A stretch of 62,771 bases of DNA, counting the filler, from Chrysochromulina tobinii (lineage: Eukaryota), in assembly GCA_001275005.1 (NCBI GenBank). It is 7 parts of 7 records of this genome, joined end to end, with 100 filler letters (N's around TTAATTAATTAA, not from the genome) between each part and the next. Parts side by side here need not be neighbours in the genome. Positions count along the whole stretch, not along the records: positions 22,088 to 39,557 come from JWZX01000987.1; positions 39,658 to 49,730 come from JWZX01000988.1; 5 more parts are not named here. One strand, 5' to 3'. Positions within the stretch are counted from its first letter, which is position 1. Each line of letters begins with the position of its first letter. Below are positions 32,919 through 45,600 of the stretch, one piece after another. A model generated the notes under the pieces. The model did not search any database. It was not told the origin of the DNA and saw nothing but the letters and a program-made list of their open reading frames with translations. The position numbers and the translations under genes were made by a program.

Positions 32919-35900
32919 ATGTCAATCCACCCGTCCACACGCCTCCTGGTGAAGCTGACGACGCACCCGAGCAACTTTGGAGTGGACCCGGAGCCCCTTG
33001 ACTGGGGCAACCGCGATCCGAAGAAGCGCGGGCCGGTCGTCGCGACCGTCTCGAAGCCGGGAATGCGGAACGCCATCGGGGCGCACTCGGGCACGTACTG
33101 TGTGTACCGCGCGGTCGCGCTCGCGGTGCAATCGGCACCAGCCGACTTCCGGCCCGACTTCACCAACACGCTGCCGCCGGTTAAGATCGGCCCCTTCGAG
33201 AGCTGGTTCGACACATCGAAGATCGCCTCGCTCGACCCATGGGGCCACGTGCCGCAGTCCATCTTCGGCGACCGCCTCGCGAACGGGACGCTCGACATCC
33301 GGCCGACGATCTCGGTGACCAAGTCGCACCTCGAGCTCCCCGAGCTTCAGCTCGCCGTCAAGAACGGCACCCTCAAAAAGGACGGCACCGTGATCGTCGA
33401 CACCGTGGGTGCGTTCGAGAGCTCGGTGGTCGTCACGAAGGCGGCCGTTGAGCCGGTCTGGTACCTGCCCGAGGTGGCGAGGCGGTTCAAGTGCGACGAG
33501 ATGCAGCTGCGTCGCACCCTCTACGAGCAGACTGGCGGCATGTTCCCTGAGCTCGTGACGCGGAACGATCTGAAACTCTTCTTACCTCCGGTGAACGGCA
33601 TGACGGTCTACATCATAGGCACAGTCGAGTCCATCCCGGATGTGCGAGAGCCGCCGCGCTGCTGAGTGGATGTGCTGAGTGGATGTGCTGAGTGGATGTG
33701 CTGAGTGGAACCCTGATCCACCCTGATCGACCCTGATGGAAATGGCAATTACCTGCTCCACCCTGACCCTGTTGGCTTCGGATGTCAGGTGAGCAAGCCG
33801 CTCGTGGTGCGCCTCCACGACGAATCGGCAGACTCGGACATTTTCAACGCGGATGCTTCAACGTGTCGGCCGTACCTGATCCACGGCATCGTTGAGTGCG
33901 TGCGCGCGGCGCAGGCCGGCGGCGCCGGCCTGATCGTGTACAACCGCGCGGAGGGCAACGCCCTCGGAGAGGTCGCCAAGTTCCTCGTGCACAACGCACG
34001 CAAGGTGTGGGCGAGCCTTGACGAACCCTGACGAACCCTGACTAATTCGCAGCTCCTCGTGCACCTTGCACACAAGGTGCGGCCCACGCCGACTCGGTCG
34101 GCGTTCAGAGTGCCCTCGATTGCAACGGACGAACCCGTACCAACCCTGACGAACCCTGACGAATTCGGATGTCCCCGGGCAGGTGCACGGCGACTCGGTC
34201 GACACTTTCTACGATCAGCAGAAGAAGGTGGCAGGCGCTGACGACGCTCGGCTGTACGAGCTGCTCCCCGACGTGCTGCATTGGCTGGGTGTGACGCAGA
34301 TCGATAAGTTCGTCTCGCGATCGGCGGCCAAGGTGCACCTTGATGACCCTTGATTGCGGCGGACGAGCCCGCCGCGGCCACTGATGGCCTGCCTGATGGC
34401 CTGCTTGATGGCCTGCCTGATAGCCTGCCTGAATGCGCCGCAACACAGGGGCACGCCGTCGAATCTTCCCTGACGAACCCTGACGAACCCTGACGAATTC
34501 GGGTCCCGGGCAGGTGCACGCCGTCGAATCTTCGGGCATCAGGATAGTCGAGGTGACCGGTCTTCCCGAGCGCTTCGTTCCGCGGGCCGCCACTGTTGAG
34601 TCGGCGGCCCGGTCGCCGCTCGCCGGCCCCGTGAAGCTCTCGCCCAAGCGCGCCATGCTCGACTCGGCGGGTCTGCCGGCCAAACGCCCTCACCTCCCCG
34701 ACTCTCTGGGCGAAGTGGGGGCCCCGCCACCACCCCTCGAGCTCAACCGCCGTCGGATCGATTTGAAGCGGCGTGTGGTGCTCACGACGCATCCGCTCCA
34801 GTATGGATCTCGGCCCGCCCAGATTGTGTGGGGAGCTCCTTCCCCACAGGCGCGTGGGCCGGTCATTGCAACTTTGGTGCGCCCTGAGCTGCGCAATGCG
34901 ATCGGTACCCACAACGGGCCGTACGCCATCTACCGCGCGGTTGCCGCCGCCAAGGGCGCCTTCGAGACGACGAAACGGTCCGACCTCGCATTCACAGCTC
35001 CGCCCGTGAAGATCGGCCCGTACCCTTCGTGGTACGACCCGAGCAAGATCGCATCGATCGACCCATGGGGGCATCTGGCTGGCTTCCAGGACGGGCCTGG
35101 CGCAGCGATGGCGGCCGCGGGCGCGGAGATCCAGCCGACGATTGCCATTACGGAAGCGACTCTTCGCATGCCCGAGATCATCGACGCGATGAAAAAGGGA
35201 CGGCTCAAGGCGGACGGCAAAATCTTGCAGGTGCGCCTTCATGACGCCTCTGATTGCGCCTTGATGGCGCCTTGAATGGCGCCTTGCTTGTGACTCTGAT
35301 TGCCATCCTGCAGGAGGACGGCACTCTCTCATGGCATGCTGATTGCCTCCCTCATTGCATGCTGATTGCCATCCCGCAGGAGGACGGCACTCTCTCAGTG
35401 GTCAAATGCGCCATCGACCCTGTTTGGTTCCTACCGGGCATCGCCGAGCGGTTCAAGCTCGAGGAGGCCAAGCTGCGTCAGAACCTCTTCGAGCAGGTAC
35501 GGAGCACGAGCCCTTATTGCATGCTGATGACCTCCCTTATTGCATGCTGATGGCCTCCCTCTCATTGCACGCCTCTGCGAGCAGACTGGCGGAATGTTCC
35601 CTGAGCTCGTCACGCGGAACGATCTGAAAGTGTTTCTGCCCCCCATTGGGGGATGCACGTGCTACATCATCGGCGACCCGGCGAGCTTGCCTGACACCTC
35701 GATACGGCTGTGCGTGCGCGTGCACGATGAGTGTAACGGTTCGGATGTCTTCGGCTCGGATATCTGCACGTGCCGCCCGTACCTTATCCACGGCATCGAG
35801 GAGTGCGTCAAAGAAGCACAGGAAGGCGGTGCCGGCCTCATCGTCTACAACCGCAAGGAGGGCGTGCTCTTGGGAGGTGACCAAGTTCATGGTGTACAAC

Positions 35901-36643
35901 GCGCGCAAGCGGCAGGAGGGGGGCGACACCGCAGCCAACTACTTCAAGCGCACCGAGATGATCGCAGGCGTACAGGTCTGATGGCCACTGAGTACATGTT
36001 GATGGCCTCTGAGTGCCTCTGAGTGCCTCTGATGACCTCTGATGACCTCTGCTTGCCTCTGATGGCCTCCTCGTCTTCCTTTGGGCGCTCTCAGGATATG
36101 CGCTTCCAAGAGTTGATGCCTGACCCTCTGCACTGGCTCGGCGTGACACGAATCGACAAATTCATCTCGATGTCGGATATGAAGTACGACGCGATCGTGA
36201 GCAGCGGCATCGAGATCATCGACCGTATCGACATCCCTGATGAGCTCATCCCACCAGATGCCAAGGCGAGTGCACATGATGCCTCCAGATGCCTTCAGAT
36301 GCCTCCAGATGCCTCCAGATGCCTCCAGATGCCAAGGCGAGGGCGCCGCCGAGAACACATGATGGCCTCTGGTTGTCACATGGTTGCCTCTGATTGTCAC
36401 ATGATGGCCTCTGGTTTGCAAATCATTGCTTCTGATGGCCACACGATTGGGTCTGAATGCACGAGCACATCCCTCCGGTGGGCATCTCCGCAGGTCGAGA
36501 TCGACGCCAAGGTGTACGCGGGCTACTACGCGGGCTCGAAGGAGGTGAAGACCATGGAGCAGCTCGCGTTCACCGTCGGACGGGTGAACGAGTCGTGGCG
36601 GGCGGCCGAGCCAGTGAGTTCTGCACCACCGAGCCATGAGTAA
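32919..36643 (+). CDS. Tandem two-unit Urg1 / GTP cyclohydrolase II-like protein, multi-exon
   Basis: Two copies of LTTHP..RGPV..RNAIG.H.G.Y..DPWGH..QTGGMFPELVTRNDLK.FLPP; unit 2 has RVHDECNGSDVFGSDICTCRPYL. Apparent frameshift near 35860-35876. Confidence 0.9.
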
Positions 36644-37246
36644 ACAGAGTGATCAGTGACTCAGACCTCTCGGCACCACCGAGCCATGAGTCAGCGCGTT
36701 GGCAATTACGAAGCGAGAAATTACCAGAGTGCCAGAGGTGACGGCTGCGCGCGAGGACCGAGAGGTTTGAGGTGCGGGGACGGACGGATCGCACGGCGGC
36801 GCGCCGACCGCGCGGCCGCGGGCCCGGCCGTGGCGAGTGGCGCCGAGAGAGTGCGAGACAGAGGACAGTCCGGCGCTCCGGCGGGGTGAATGCTGAATGG
36901 CCACCAACCCGAACGCAAAGCCGAACGGTCGATCGCGCGGGAACTGTTTCAAACCGTTTTGCGAAAGGATTTTAGGCTAACAATCTGGCCCACAACGGAC
37001 TCTGGCAGATTTGGGGCGCTGTGTGGCACAGCAAGTGAAAGCGCGGAAGACCAGACCGGGATCCGCGTGGGCCGGTGCCGCGTGCGCGCCGCTCAGTGTG
37101 TCAGAACACAGAACTAGCGCAAGGTGCGCACACACAGGCCAATCGCACACTGGGCAGTCGTCCGATTGTAGCGGCACCTCTCTCCACACGGAGAGAGCGG
37201 CGCACCGCCTCACCGCCGCTGGCTGTTCCAGCACCGGTCGGCCAGC

Positions 37247-38133
37247 TCAGTGCTTGGGCAGGAGAGACATGAAAGCGGTTTTATCGAGGAGCTCGCCTTC
37301 CCGCGACTGGGGCGGCATCGTGACTCTCACCCCCAGCGCATCAAAGGCTTCCAAGCACTGCGTGCGCGTGAGTCCGCGGCCCGAGACGTCGTACATCGAG
37401 TACAGCGTCTCGATGTCCTGCCCGCTGAAAAAGTTCATCGGCGAGCTCGGCGTCTTCGTCTCCTTGAGCTTGGCTAGCTCGGCGATGAGGTACCCGCGCG
37501 GATCGCTGGGACGCTCGGAGACGAGCTTCTGGCTGAGCAGGTCGAAGAGCTCGAGCAGCTTGTGCTGCTTCAGGTACTCCTCCGCCTGGTACACGGGGTC
37601 ATCCTTGCGGCGCTGAGCCAACGCCGCGGCCTCCTTGCGAGCCTCCTTGCCGCGACGGGCCGCCTGGATGCGAGTCGACGCCGCCGCAATCTCCTCCTTC
37701 TCCTTCCTCTGCTTTTTCCGCTGTATGTAGCCCTTGGCGCCCGCTCCCAACCGTGCGGAAGCTTCCGCCTCCGCCGCCTCCGCCGCCGCCTGCGCCGCCG
37801 CCGCTGCCGCCTCCCGCTGTGCACGGACCTGGTCCCGAGCGTCCTTGCCGCGCTTGACGGATTGCAACTTCGAAGCGGCCGCGTTCTCCTCGGCCCTCAT
37901 CTGCTTCACCTGCGCCCGGGCCGCCCTGCGGAAGGCAGCAGGCAGATCACGGGCAAGGGTGAGCGCGAGCACAGGTGCAGAGCCGCGGGCACAGGCAGAG
38001 GGATGCCCTCTCGGAGCTCTCCTTGTAGCGCCGAGCGTGGCCGTGCGCTGATGGTTCAAGAGGCTCCGCTGCGAGCGCACTGGCCACGCTTGACGGATTG
38101 CAACTTCGCAGCGGCCGCGTTCTCCTCGTCCAT
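37247..38133 (-). CDS. IQ-motif protein with RIIa/Dpy-30-like docking domain and EF-hand (EFCAB10-like)
   Basis: AASKLQSVKRGK, ASTRIQAARRGK; AEEYLKQHKLLELFDLLSQKLVSERPSDPRGYLI; DIETLYSMYDVSGRG. 5' exon structure uncertain. Confidence 0.7.
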
Positions 38134-38370
38134 TGGAAGCGCTGCGTGGCCGTGCGACGGCTCAGCAACACCAGTGCGCCAGGGTGCGCAACGACCGTCC
38201 TTTTGATGCGATGCGTGAACGGAACGAAACTCATGCCGTGAAAATGTGTTCACGTATTTTGGTAAAGTCCTTGGAACCAAAGCCAAAATATTAAAAGAAA
38301 CTACATAAAACTCCACGCGCCTTTTAAGGCAACTCTGCTTGCGCGAGCAGAGTCGGTCCACTCAATTCCT

Positions 38371-39322
38371 ATGCTCATCGACAAGCTCCTCCTCGCCGAG
38401 TTGGAGGATGTGCTCGTGCTGCTGCTCGAGATCTTCGTCGGCCTCGCTTCGTTCGTCGGCTGCCTCGTCGCCGTCGACAAGCTCTACCTCTTCTACGCGA
38501 CCGTCTTCTACAAGGCGATGGCGATGTGGCGGCCGGCTTGGGAGCCTACGCTCCGCTACCCGAAGCGCTGGAAGCGCGGCGTCAAGCCGCCGCGCGTGTG
38601 CGTGCAGCTGCCCATGTTCAACGAGACCCACGTGGCACGGCGCGTGATCGACTACGCGTGCAGGATGGAGTACCCGCGCGACAGGCTCTATGTCCAGTGC
38701 CTGGACGACTCCACAGACCCCGAGACGCGCGAGGTCGTCGACGAGGGCGTGCGCCACTGGCAGGCGCAGGGCATCAAGATCGAGGCCATCCGGCGTACGA
38801 ACCGGAAGGGCTACAAGGCGGGCGCGATGCACGAGGTCCACGACGCCATCCCGGCGGAGTTCATCGCCATCTTCGACGCGGACTTCTTGCCCGAGCCTGA
38901 CTTTCTACTGCGCGCGATCCCCCCCTTCCAGGACAAGAACGTCGGTTTCGTCCAGGGCCGCTGGACTTACCTCAACGCAGACGAGTCGCTCTTCTGCCGC
39001 TACCAGGAGATCTGCCTCAACGCTCACATCAAGTGCGAGCAGGTGAGTGCCGCTGAGTGCCGCAGAGTGCCGCTGAGTGCCGCTGAGTGCCGCGGAGTGC
39101 CGCGGATTGACACGGATTGCGTCCGATGGCTACTAACGCGCACCTCCACGGCGCACAGTACGCGCGCTTCTCGACGGGCAACTTCTTCAACTTCAACGGC
39201 ACAGGCGGTGTGTGGCGCAAGGCATGCATCGACTCGGCGGGCGGTTGGAATGCACGCACGCTTGTGGAAGATATGGATCTCTCGCTGCGCGCATTCCTCA
39301 AGGGATGGCACTTTGTGTGGCG
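38371..39322 (+). CDS. GT2 cellulose-synthase-like (CSLA/CSLC-type) glycosyltransferase, 3'-truncated
   Basis: VQLPMFNE, LDDSTD, NRKGYKAGA, IAIFDADFLPEPDFL, VQGRW, FNGTGGVWR, GGWNARTLVEDMDLSLRA; intron 39043-39158. Confidence 0.9.
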
Positions 39323-39336
39323 GTACGTGATCCGCT

Positions 39337-39557
39337 CTGATGGCCAATCTGATGGCCTCCTTGATGGCCTCCTGATGACCTCCTGATGACCTCCTGATGA
39401 CCTCCTGATGGCCTCCTTGATGGCCTCCCTGATGACCTCCTGATGGCCTCCTGATGACCTCCCTGATGACCTCCTGATGACCTCCTGATGACCTCCTGAT
39501 GACCTCTCTGATGGCCTCCTTGATGGCCTCCTGATGACCTCCTGATGACCTCCTGAT
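39337..39557. repeat. Intronic 10-11 bp tandem repeat (CTGATGACCTC variants) running into the contig end
   Basis: About 20 units seen directly. Confidence 0.9.
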
Positions 39558-39657
39558 NNNNNNNNNNNNNNNNNNNNNNNNNNNNNNNNNNNNNNNNNNN
39601 NTTAATTAATTAANNNNNNNNNNNNNNNNNNNNNNNNNNNNNNNNNNNNNNNNNNNN
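39558..39657. other. Artificial contig linker
   Basis: N/TTAATTAATTAA/N, 100 bp. Confidence 0.99.
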
Positions 39658-42600
39658 ACCCTCGCCGCCACCGTCGCCACCGCCTTCGCCACCACCGTCA
39701 CCGCCACCTTTGCCGCCACCATCTCCACCGCCTTCGCCGCCACCATCACCTCCGCCCATGCCGCCCCCTACACCGCCACCCTCGCCTCCACCCTCACCGC
39801 CGCCTCCATCGCCACCGCCATCCCCACCTCCGCCCTCGCCGCCTCCCACTCCACCAGGCGGAATGTCTGTGCTCGTCGTCTCGGCCACCTTTACAATTGC
39901 AGGTGATCCCTCCGACTTCACCGGAGCCCTCCAACTGCAGTTCCGCACCTCTCTTGCCAGTCTGCTGGGCGTGAATACTAGCGACATCACAATCCGCGTC
40001 ACCGCGGGAAGCACCATCATTCAGGTCACCATCATGGTGCCGTCGCTCGCCTCCTCCCAGACGACTGTGTCGACGCTCCAAGGTGACACGGCCCAGCTCT
40101 CGGCCAGCCTAAACGTGACCATAACCTCGGCCACCGGCGTGGGAGCGAGTTCCGCCGTGCTCGCGGCCCCCTCACCACCACCGCCGTCGCCTCCGCCACC
40201 GTCGCCACCGCCGCCCTCGCCGCCTCCACCCTCGCCGCCGCCTCCCTCGCCTGAGCCATCTCCACCACCGCCGCCAAGCCCAACGCCACCACCTCCGTGG
40301 CCTCCACCGCCCTCCCCTCCGCCACCTTCACCACCACCGCCTTCGCCGCCGCCTCCATCACCACCGCCTCCTTCGCCACCGCCACCCTCGCCTCCTCCTC
40401 CATCACCGCCGCCTCCATCACCACCACCACCGCCGAGCCCCTCAACTCCCGAGCCCTCGCCTCCGCCCTCGCCTCCCCCTTCCCCTCCCCGCCACTCCCC
40501 GCCTCCGCCCTCACCTCCACCCTCGCCTCCGCCCCCATCCCCGCCTCCTCCATCACCACCACCCTCACCGCCCCCGCCATCTCCGCCTCCACCCTCGCCT
40601 CCACCCTCGCCCCCCCCACCGTCACCTCCTCCACCGTCTCCACCGCCATCTCCGCCTCCACCCTCGCCTCCTCCGCCGTCACCGCCGCCATCTCCGCCTC
40701 CATCTCCACCGCCGTCACCACCACCATCACCACCTCCATCTCCGCCTCCGTCACCGCCTCCAGTTCCACCGCCATCACCTCCGCCGTCACCACCGCCTTC
40801 GCCGCCGCCTTCCCCGCCGCCCTCGCCGCCACCATTCCCACCGCCATCGCCACCACCGTCGCCGCCGCCATCGCCTCCACCCTCACCACCGCCCTCGCCA
40901 CCGCCCTCGCCCCCACCCTCGCCACCTCCGTCGCCACCTCCCTCGCCACCGCCGTCACCGCCGCCGCCATCACCACCACCACCCTCGCCTCCCCCTTCCC
41001 TCCCCGCCATCTCCGCCTCCGCCCTCACCTCCACCATCGCCTCCGCCCCTTCCCACCTCCACCTTCACCACCACCCTCACCGCCGCCGCCATCTCCACCA
41101 CCACCCTCGCCTCCACCCTCGCCACCTCCACCTTCACCGCCACCGCCGTCTCCGCCACCGTCTCCTCCTCCACCGTCGCCACCCCCGCCCTCGCCACCGC
41201 CGTCACCGCCGCCGCCATCTCCGCCTCCACCCTCGCCTCCACCCTCGCCCCCTCCGCCGTCACCGCCTCCACCCTCGCCGCCGCCATCACCGCCACCACC
41301 CTCGCCGCCCCCGCCCTCACCGCCGCCGTCACCGCCGCCACCGTCGCCGCCTCCACCGTCGCCTCCACCCTCGCCCCCTCCACCGTCACCGCCGCCTCCG
41401 TCTCCGCCGCCGTCCCCTCCATCGCCGCCGCCGCCCTCGCTGCCTCCCTTGAGTCCGGGTGCAACATACAGATACGAGCTCCTGTCGCAGATGAACCTGC
41501 GTTCAATCGACGGGTCGCTTTTGAATGCAGAAATCTTCATCTACACTGACTTGCAGAACAGGTTCAAGTCCGCCATGAGTGTTCTGCTGCGGGTCAGCCT
41601 CGGCAACGTGCATGTCCGGTCAGTTGCAGCCGTCACGCCCACGGGTCGACTTCGGCAACTGCAGATGACTCAGATAGCGGTCGATTATACTGTGAGCTTC
41701 CCAAACGAGACAGCTGCCACGGCAGGCATGAACACAATGAGTGGTTCGGCCTTTGACATTCAGGCCGGCTTGATAGCCGCAGGCTTCAATACAACTGTCG
41801 TTTCCGTTGCCGCGCCCTTTTTGACGGCGCAAGCGTATGACGCTCCTTCGCCGCCCCCACCATCACCCCCGCCATCGCCACCGCCACCGTCCCCGCCGCC
41901 GCCTTCTCCACCACCATCACCACCACCATCACCACCACCATTGCCACCACCATCACCACCGCCAGACCCGCCATCACCGCATCCATCGCCACCGCCATCG
42001 CCACCGCCACCAAGCCCACCACCACGTCCACCGCCACCCTCGCCACCACCCCCCTCGCCACCGCCACCCTCGCCACCGCCACCCTCGCCACCGCCACCCT
42101 CGCCTCCGCCACCGTCTCCACCTCCCTTGCCACCACCACCTTCGCCTCCACCCTCACCTCCGCCACCACCGTCGCCGCCACCCTCACCGCCGCCACCGTC
42201 CCCTGCTCCGCCACTCGCCGTCATGAATCGCCGGCAAGTACCACGCTTGAGTGCCAATCAGAGTTCAACGCATGAGTCTCACGTGGCGGCGAATTGCATC
42301 GACGATGATCTGAGCACCATGTGCCACACGAATCGCGGCCCCAATCCGTGGCTCTCTATTCGAGTGCCAGGTGGCACCCTCGCTGAGCCTCTCTCAACCA
42401 TTCAGTATGTGATCATCTACAATAGGGTGCCGTTGGCTGAACGGCTAGCGCCATTTCAATTATGGGTCGGCTTGTCCGACGGCGACTACGATTCGAACAC
42501 TTCCAGTGCCTGCCCCGTCCACGACCAAGTGGCCTCGGCGGGGCCGTTCGCGTTCAGTTGTCAAGATCGTGCTGGCACCCATGTATCAATCGTCCTGCCG

Positions 42601-45600
42601 GGCAACAACCGCATCCTCCACCTCATGGAGGTCAAACTGTTCTCGGAGTTCACCTCGCCTTCTCCGCCCCCGCCGTCGCCGCCACCACCTTCGCCTCCTC
42701 CCCGACCGCCACCTCCGTCGCCGCCGCCGCCGTCGCCTCCGCCTCCTATCCCACCTCCGCCCTCACCCCCGCCGCCGATGGGACCTTCCCCTGTACCGCC
42801 AGTTGCAGACATGTTCGCCGTGCCGCTGCTAGGTGCGCAGATGTCGTCGACACATATGCCACACGTCGCAACAAACTGCATTGATGGCGTGCTGGACACA
42901 TTCTGCCATACCGCACTTGAAGGAAGCTCTAATCCGTGGCTGTCCATCCGAATCCCCGGTGGCACACCCTCCGAACCGCCATCGTCGATCCAGCAGGTTC
43001 TCATCCACAATCGACAAGACTGCTGCCAGGACCGCATGCTCCCCTTCCAACTATGGGTGGGGGTAGCTGCCGGCGAATACAACTCCTCCACGTCTGTGTC
43101 ATGCTACGTGCACGACCGGGTCGTGACGGTACAACCGTTTACGTTTGATTGCCGGGGGGCCAACGGCACTCACCTGACCATCGTGCTGCCTGGCGAAGGC
43201 CGCATACTCAATCTGGCTGAGGTGCAAATTTTCTCTCCCCACTTCTCGCCCTCACCACCACCACCGTCACCGCCACCACCGTCACCTCCCCCGTTGCCTC
43301 CTCCACCATCTCCGCCACCGCCTTCGCCTCCACCACCGTCGCCGCCACCGCCATCACCGCCTCCGTCACCACCACCACCGTCGCCACCCCCACCCAGCCC
43401 GCCGCCACCATCGCCGCCGCCCCCGAGCCCTCCGCCGTCACCGCCGCCGTCACCGCCGCCTGCTCCTCCTCCTCCGTCACCCCCGCCGCCATCGCCCCCT
43501 CCATCACCACCTCCTCCATCTCCACCACCACCTTCTCCCCGTCCTCCATCTCGACCACCGCCATCTCCCCCGCCGCCGTCTCCCCCGCCGTCATTGCCGC
43601 CATTGCCGCCGCCGTCGCCGCCACCACCCTCCCCTCCGCCCTCTCCGCCACCATCGCCACCTCCACCCTCACCGCCACCTCCCTCCCCTGAGCCCTCGCC
43701 ACCGCCGCCGCCAGCCCCGCCCCCCCCAGAGCCATCGCCCCCTCCGCCTTCCCCTCCGCCACCCTCACCACCTTCGCCAATACCGTTGCCGCCGCCACCC
43801 TCGCCTCCACCACCATCACCACCACCATCTGCGCCACCGCCTCCCTCGCCATCTCCACCATGCCTGCCACCTGTGCCGCCTCCCTCACCACCGCCGTTGC
43901 CACCACCATCCCGACCCCCCACATCTCCACCGCCATCTCTGCCGCCATCCCCACCCCCTCTGCCGCCGCCGCCCTTGCTGTCTTCGCCGCCCCCCTCGCC
44001 ACCGCCGCCGCTCTCGCCGCCGCCACCCTCGCCGCCGGCGATGAGCGTCGTCGACTTCGCCCTCCGACTCGCCGGCGACGTCTCCTCCTTCACCCCGAGC
44101 GTGCGGGCCGAGATGCAGAGCGCGATCGCGGCCTGGGCGGGCGTCGAACCATCGGCGGTGATGGTGACTGTCACGTCGGGCAGCGTCATCGTCGGCGTGC
44201 GCATCCAGACACCCACGACGATGGCGACCTCGGTGCAGTCGGCGATGGCGAACGCGACGAGCAGCCCAAGCAGCGCGACCACCATGCTCGCGAGCGTCAC
44301 CGGCGTCTCGATCGCCGTGCTCGCGGTCGTGACGGCTCCCATCGTCGCAATCATCGTACCTCCGCCGCCGCCGACCCCACAACGGCCGCCAGGCGCACTG
44401 AACAGCGCCGGCGCCGACAAAGACGAAGGCGCGCCGAACACCATCATCATCATCGTCATCGTTGGCGTGCTCGCGGCAATTCTTGTGCTGCTGTGCTGCC
44501 TGGCAATGGTCTGCTGGTGGAGGCGCAGAGAAGTCGAGCTGCTGCGCAAAGACGTCGACCTCTGCAAGACGTCCGCGAACACGGTCTCCGAACACGAGCT
44601 TCATCCACAGCCCTCCATCCCCAGTGGCAGCGGCGGCGGCGCTGGCCGCGACGGTGGCGTTGGCATCGAGATGAGCGGTCGCTTCGAGCGTCAGTCCTCC
44701 GAGACGGAACGCTCGTCCCGCGCAGACGGTGCCGAGGGCGGCGCACGGCCGGCAACGGCGGGCGTCATCGACGCATCGGGCAGCAACACAAATCGCACGC
44801 GGACAATGGCGGAGCGCTCGCGCATGCAGCAGGACAAAGTACGCCAGCAACAGGAGGCGGCGCGGCAAGCGAACCCGCCGAAAGCCAAACTCGCGAGGTT
44901 GCTATCGCCATCAAAGTTGCCATCGCCGGCAAGGTTGCCATCGCCTGCAAAAGTCAAGGCGACCTCCGCGTCGATGATCGACTCCAACATTGTGAGCTGG
45001 AGTGACCTGAGACTGCTCGATCCTCTAGGAGCGGGTAGCTTCGGTGAGGTGCGCGTGGCCGTGTACAACTCGACACGATGCGCGATCAAGAGCCTACAGG
45101 CTGCGACAGCGCCGGGGGCGCTTGAGGAGCTCCTGCAAGAGTTTGAGCTCACGATTCGCCTGCACCATCCAAACGTGCTCCTCACCATGGGCATTGCACA
45201 CAACAGTGCCGACGGCAAGACGGGGATTCTGATGGAGCTCATGCCTGCGTCGTTGCTCGATTTGCTGCATCACCATCGCCAGCGCGAGCAGCTCGCCACG
45301 TGGGAGGCATCCCTCGTCCTCATCGCCCTCGATGTGGCAAAGGGCATGACATACCTACATGCGAAGGGTGTGGTACATCGAGACCTGAAGCCAGGCAACG
45401 TTTTGCTCACGGAGCACTGGGTTGGCAAGGTGGCCGACTTTGGCACCGCACTCTCCAAGTACCATTATGCCGGCGAGGCGGAGGGGCCCGTGGGCACACC
45501 GCCCTACATGGCTCCCGAGGCGATTGCACTCACCTCGGGCGCGAAAGAGAAGCCCACCGACGTGTGGAGCTTCGGATGCCTGCTCGCACACATGGGGACA

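Noticed and set aside
40297..41040. Ala/Thr/Ser-rich N-terminus of the 1984-aa ORF as real protein, or a programmed frameshift
   Set aside because: It is the Pro repeat read out of frame; indel errors in low-complexity C runs are the simpler explanation.
40021..44582. Long Gly-rich minus-strand ORFs
   Set aside because: Antisense shadows of the Pro-rich coding repeats.
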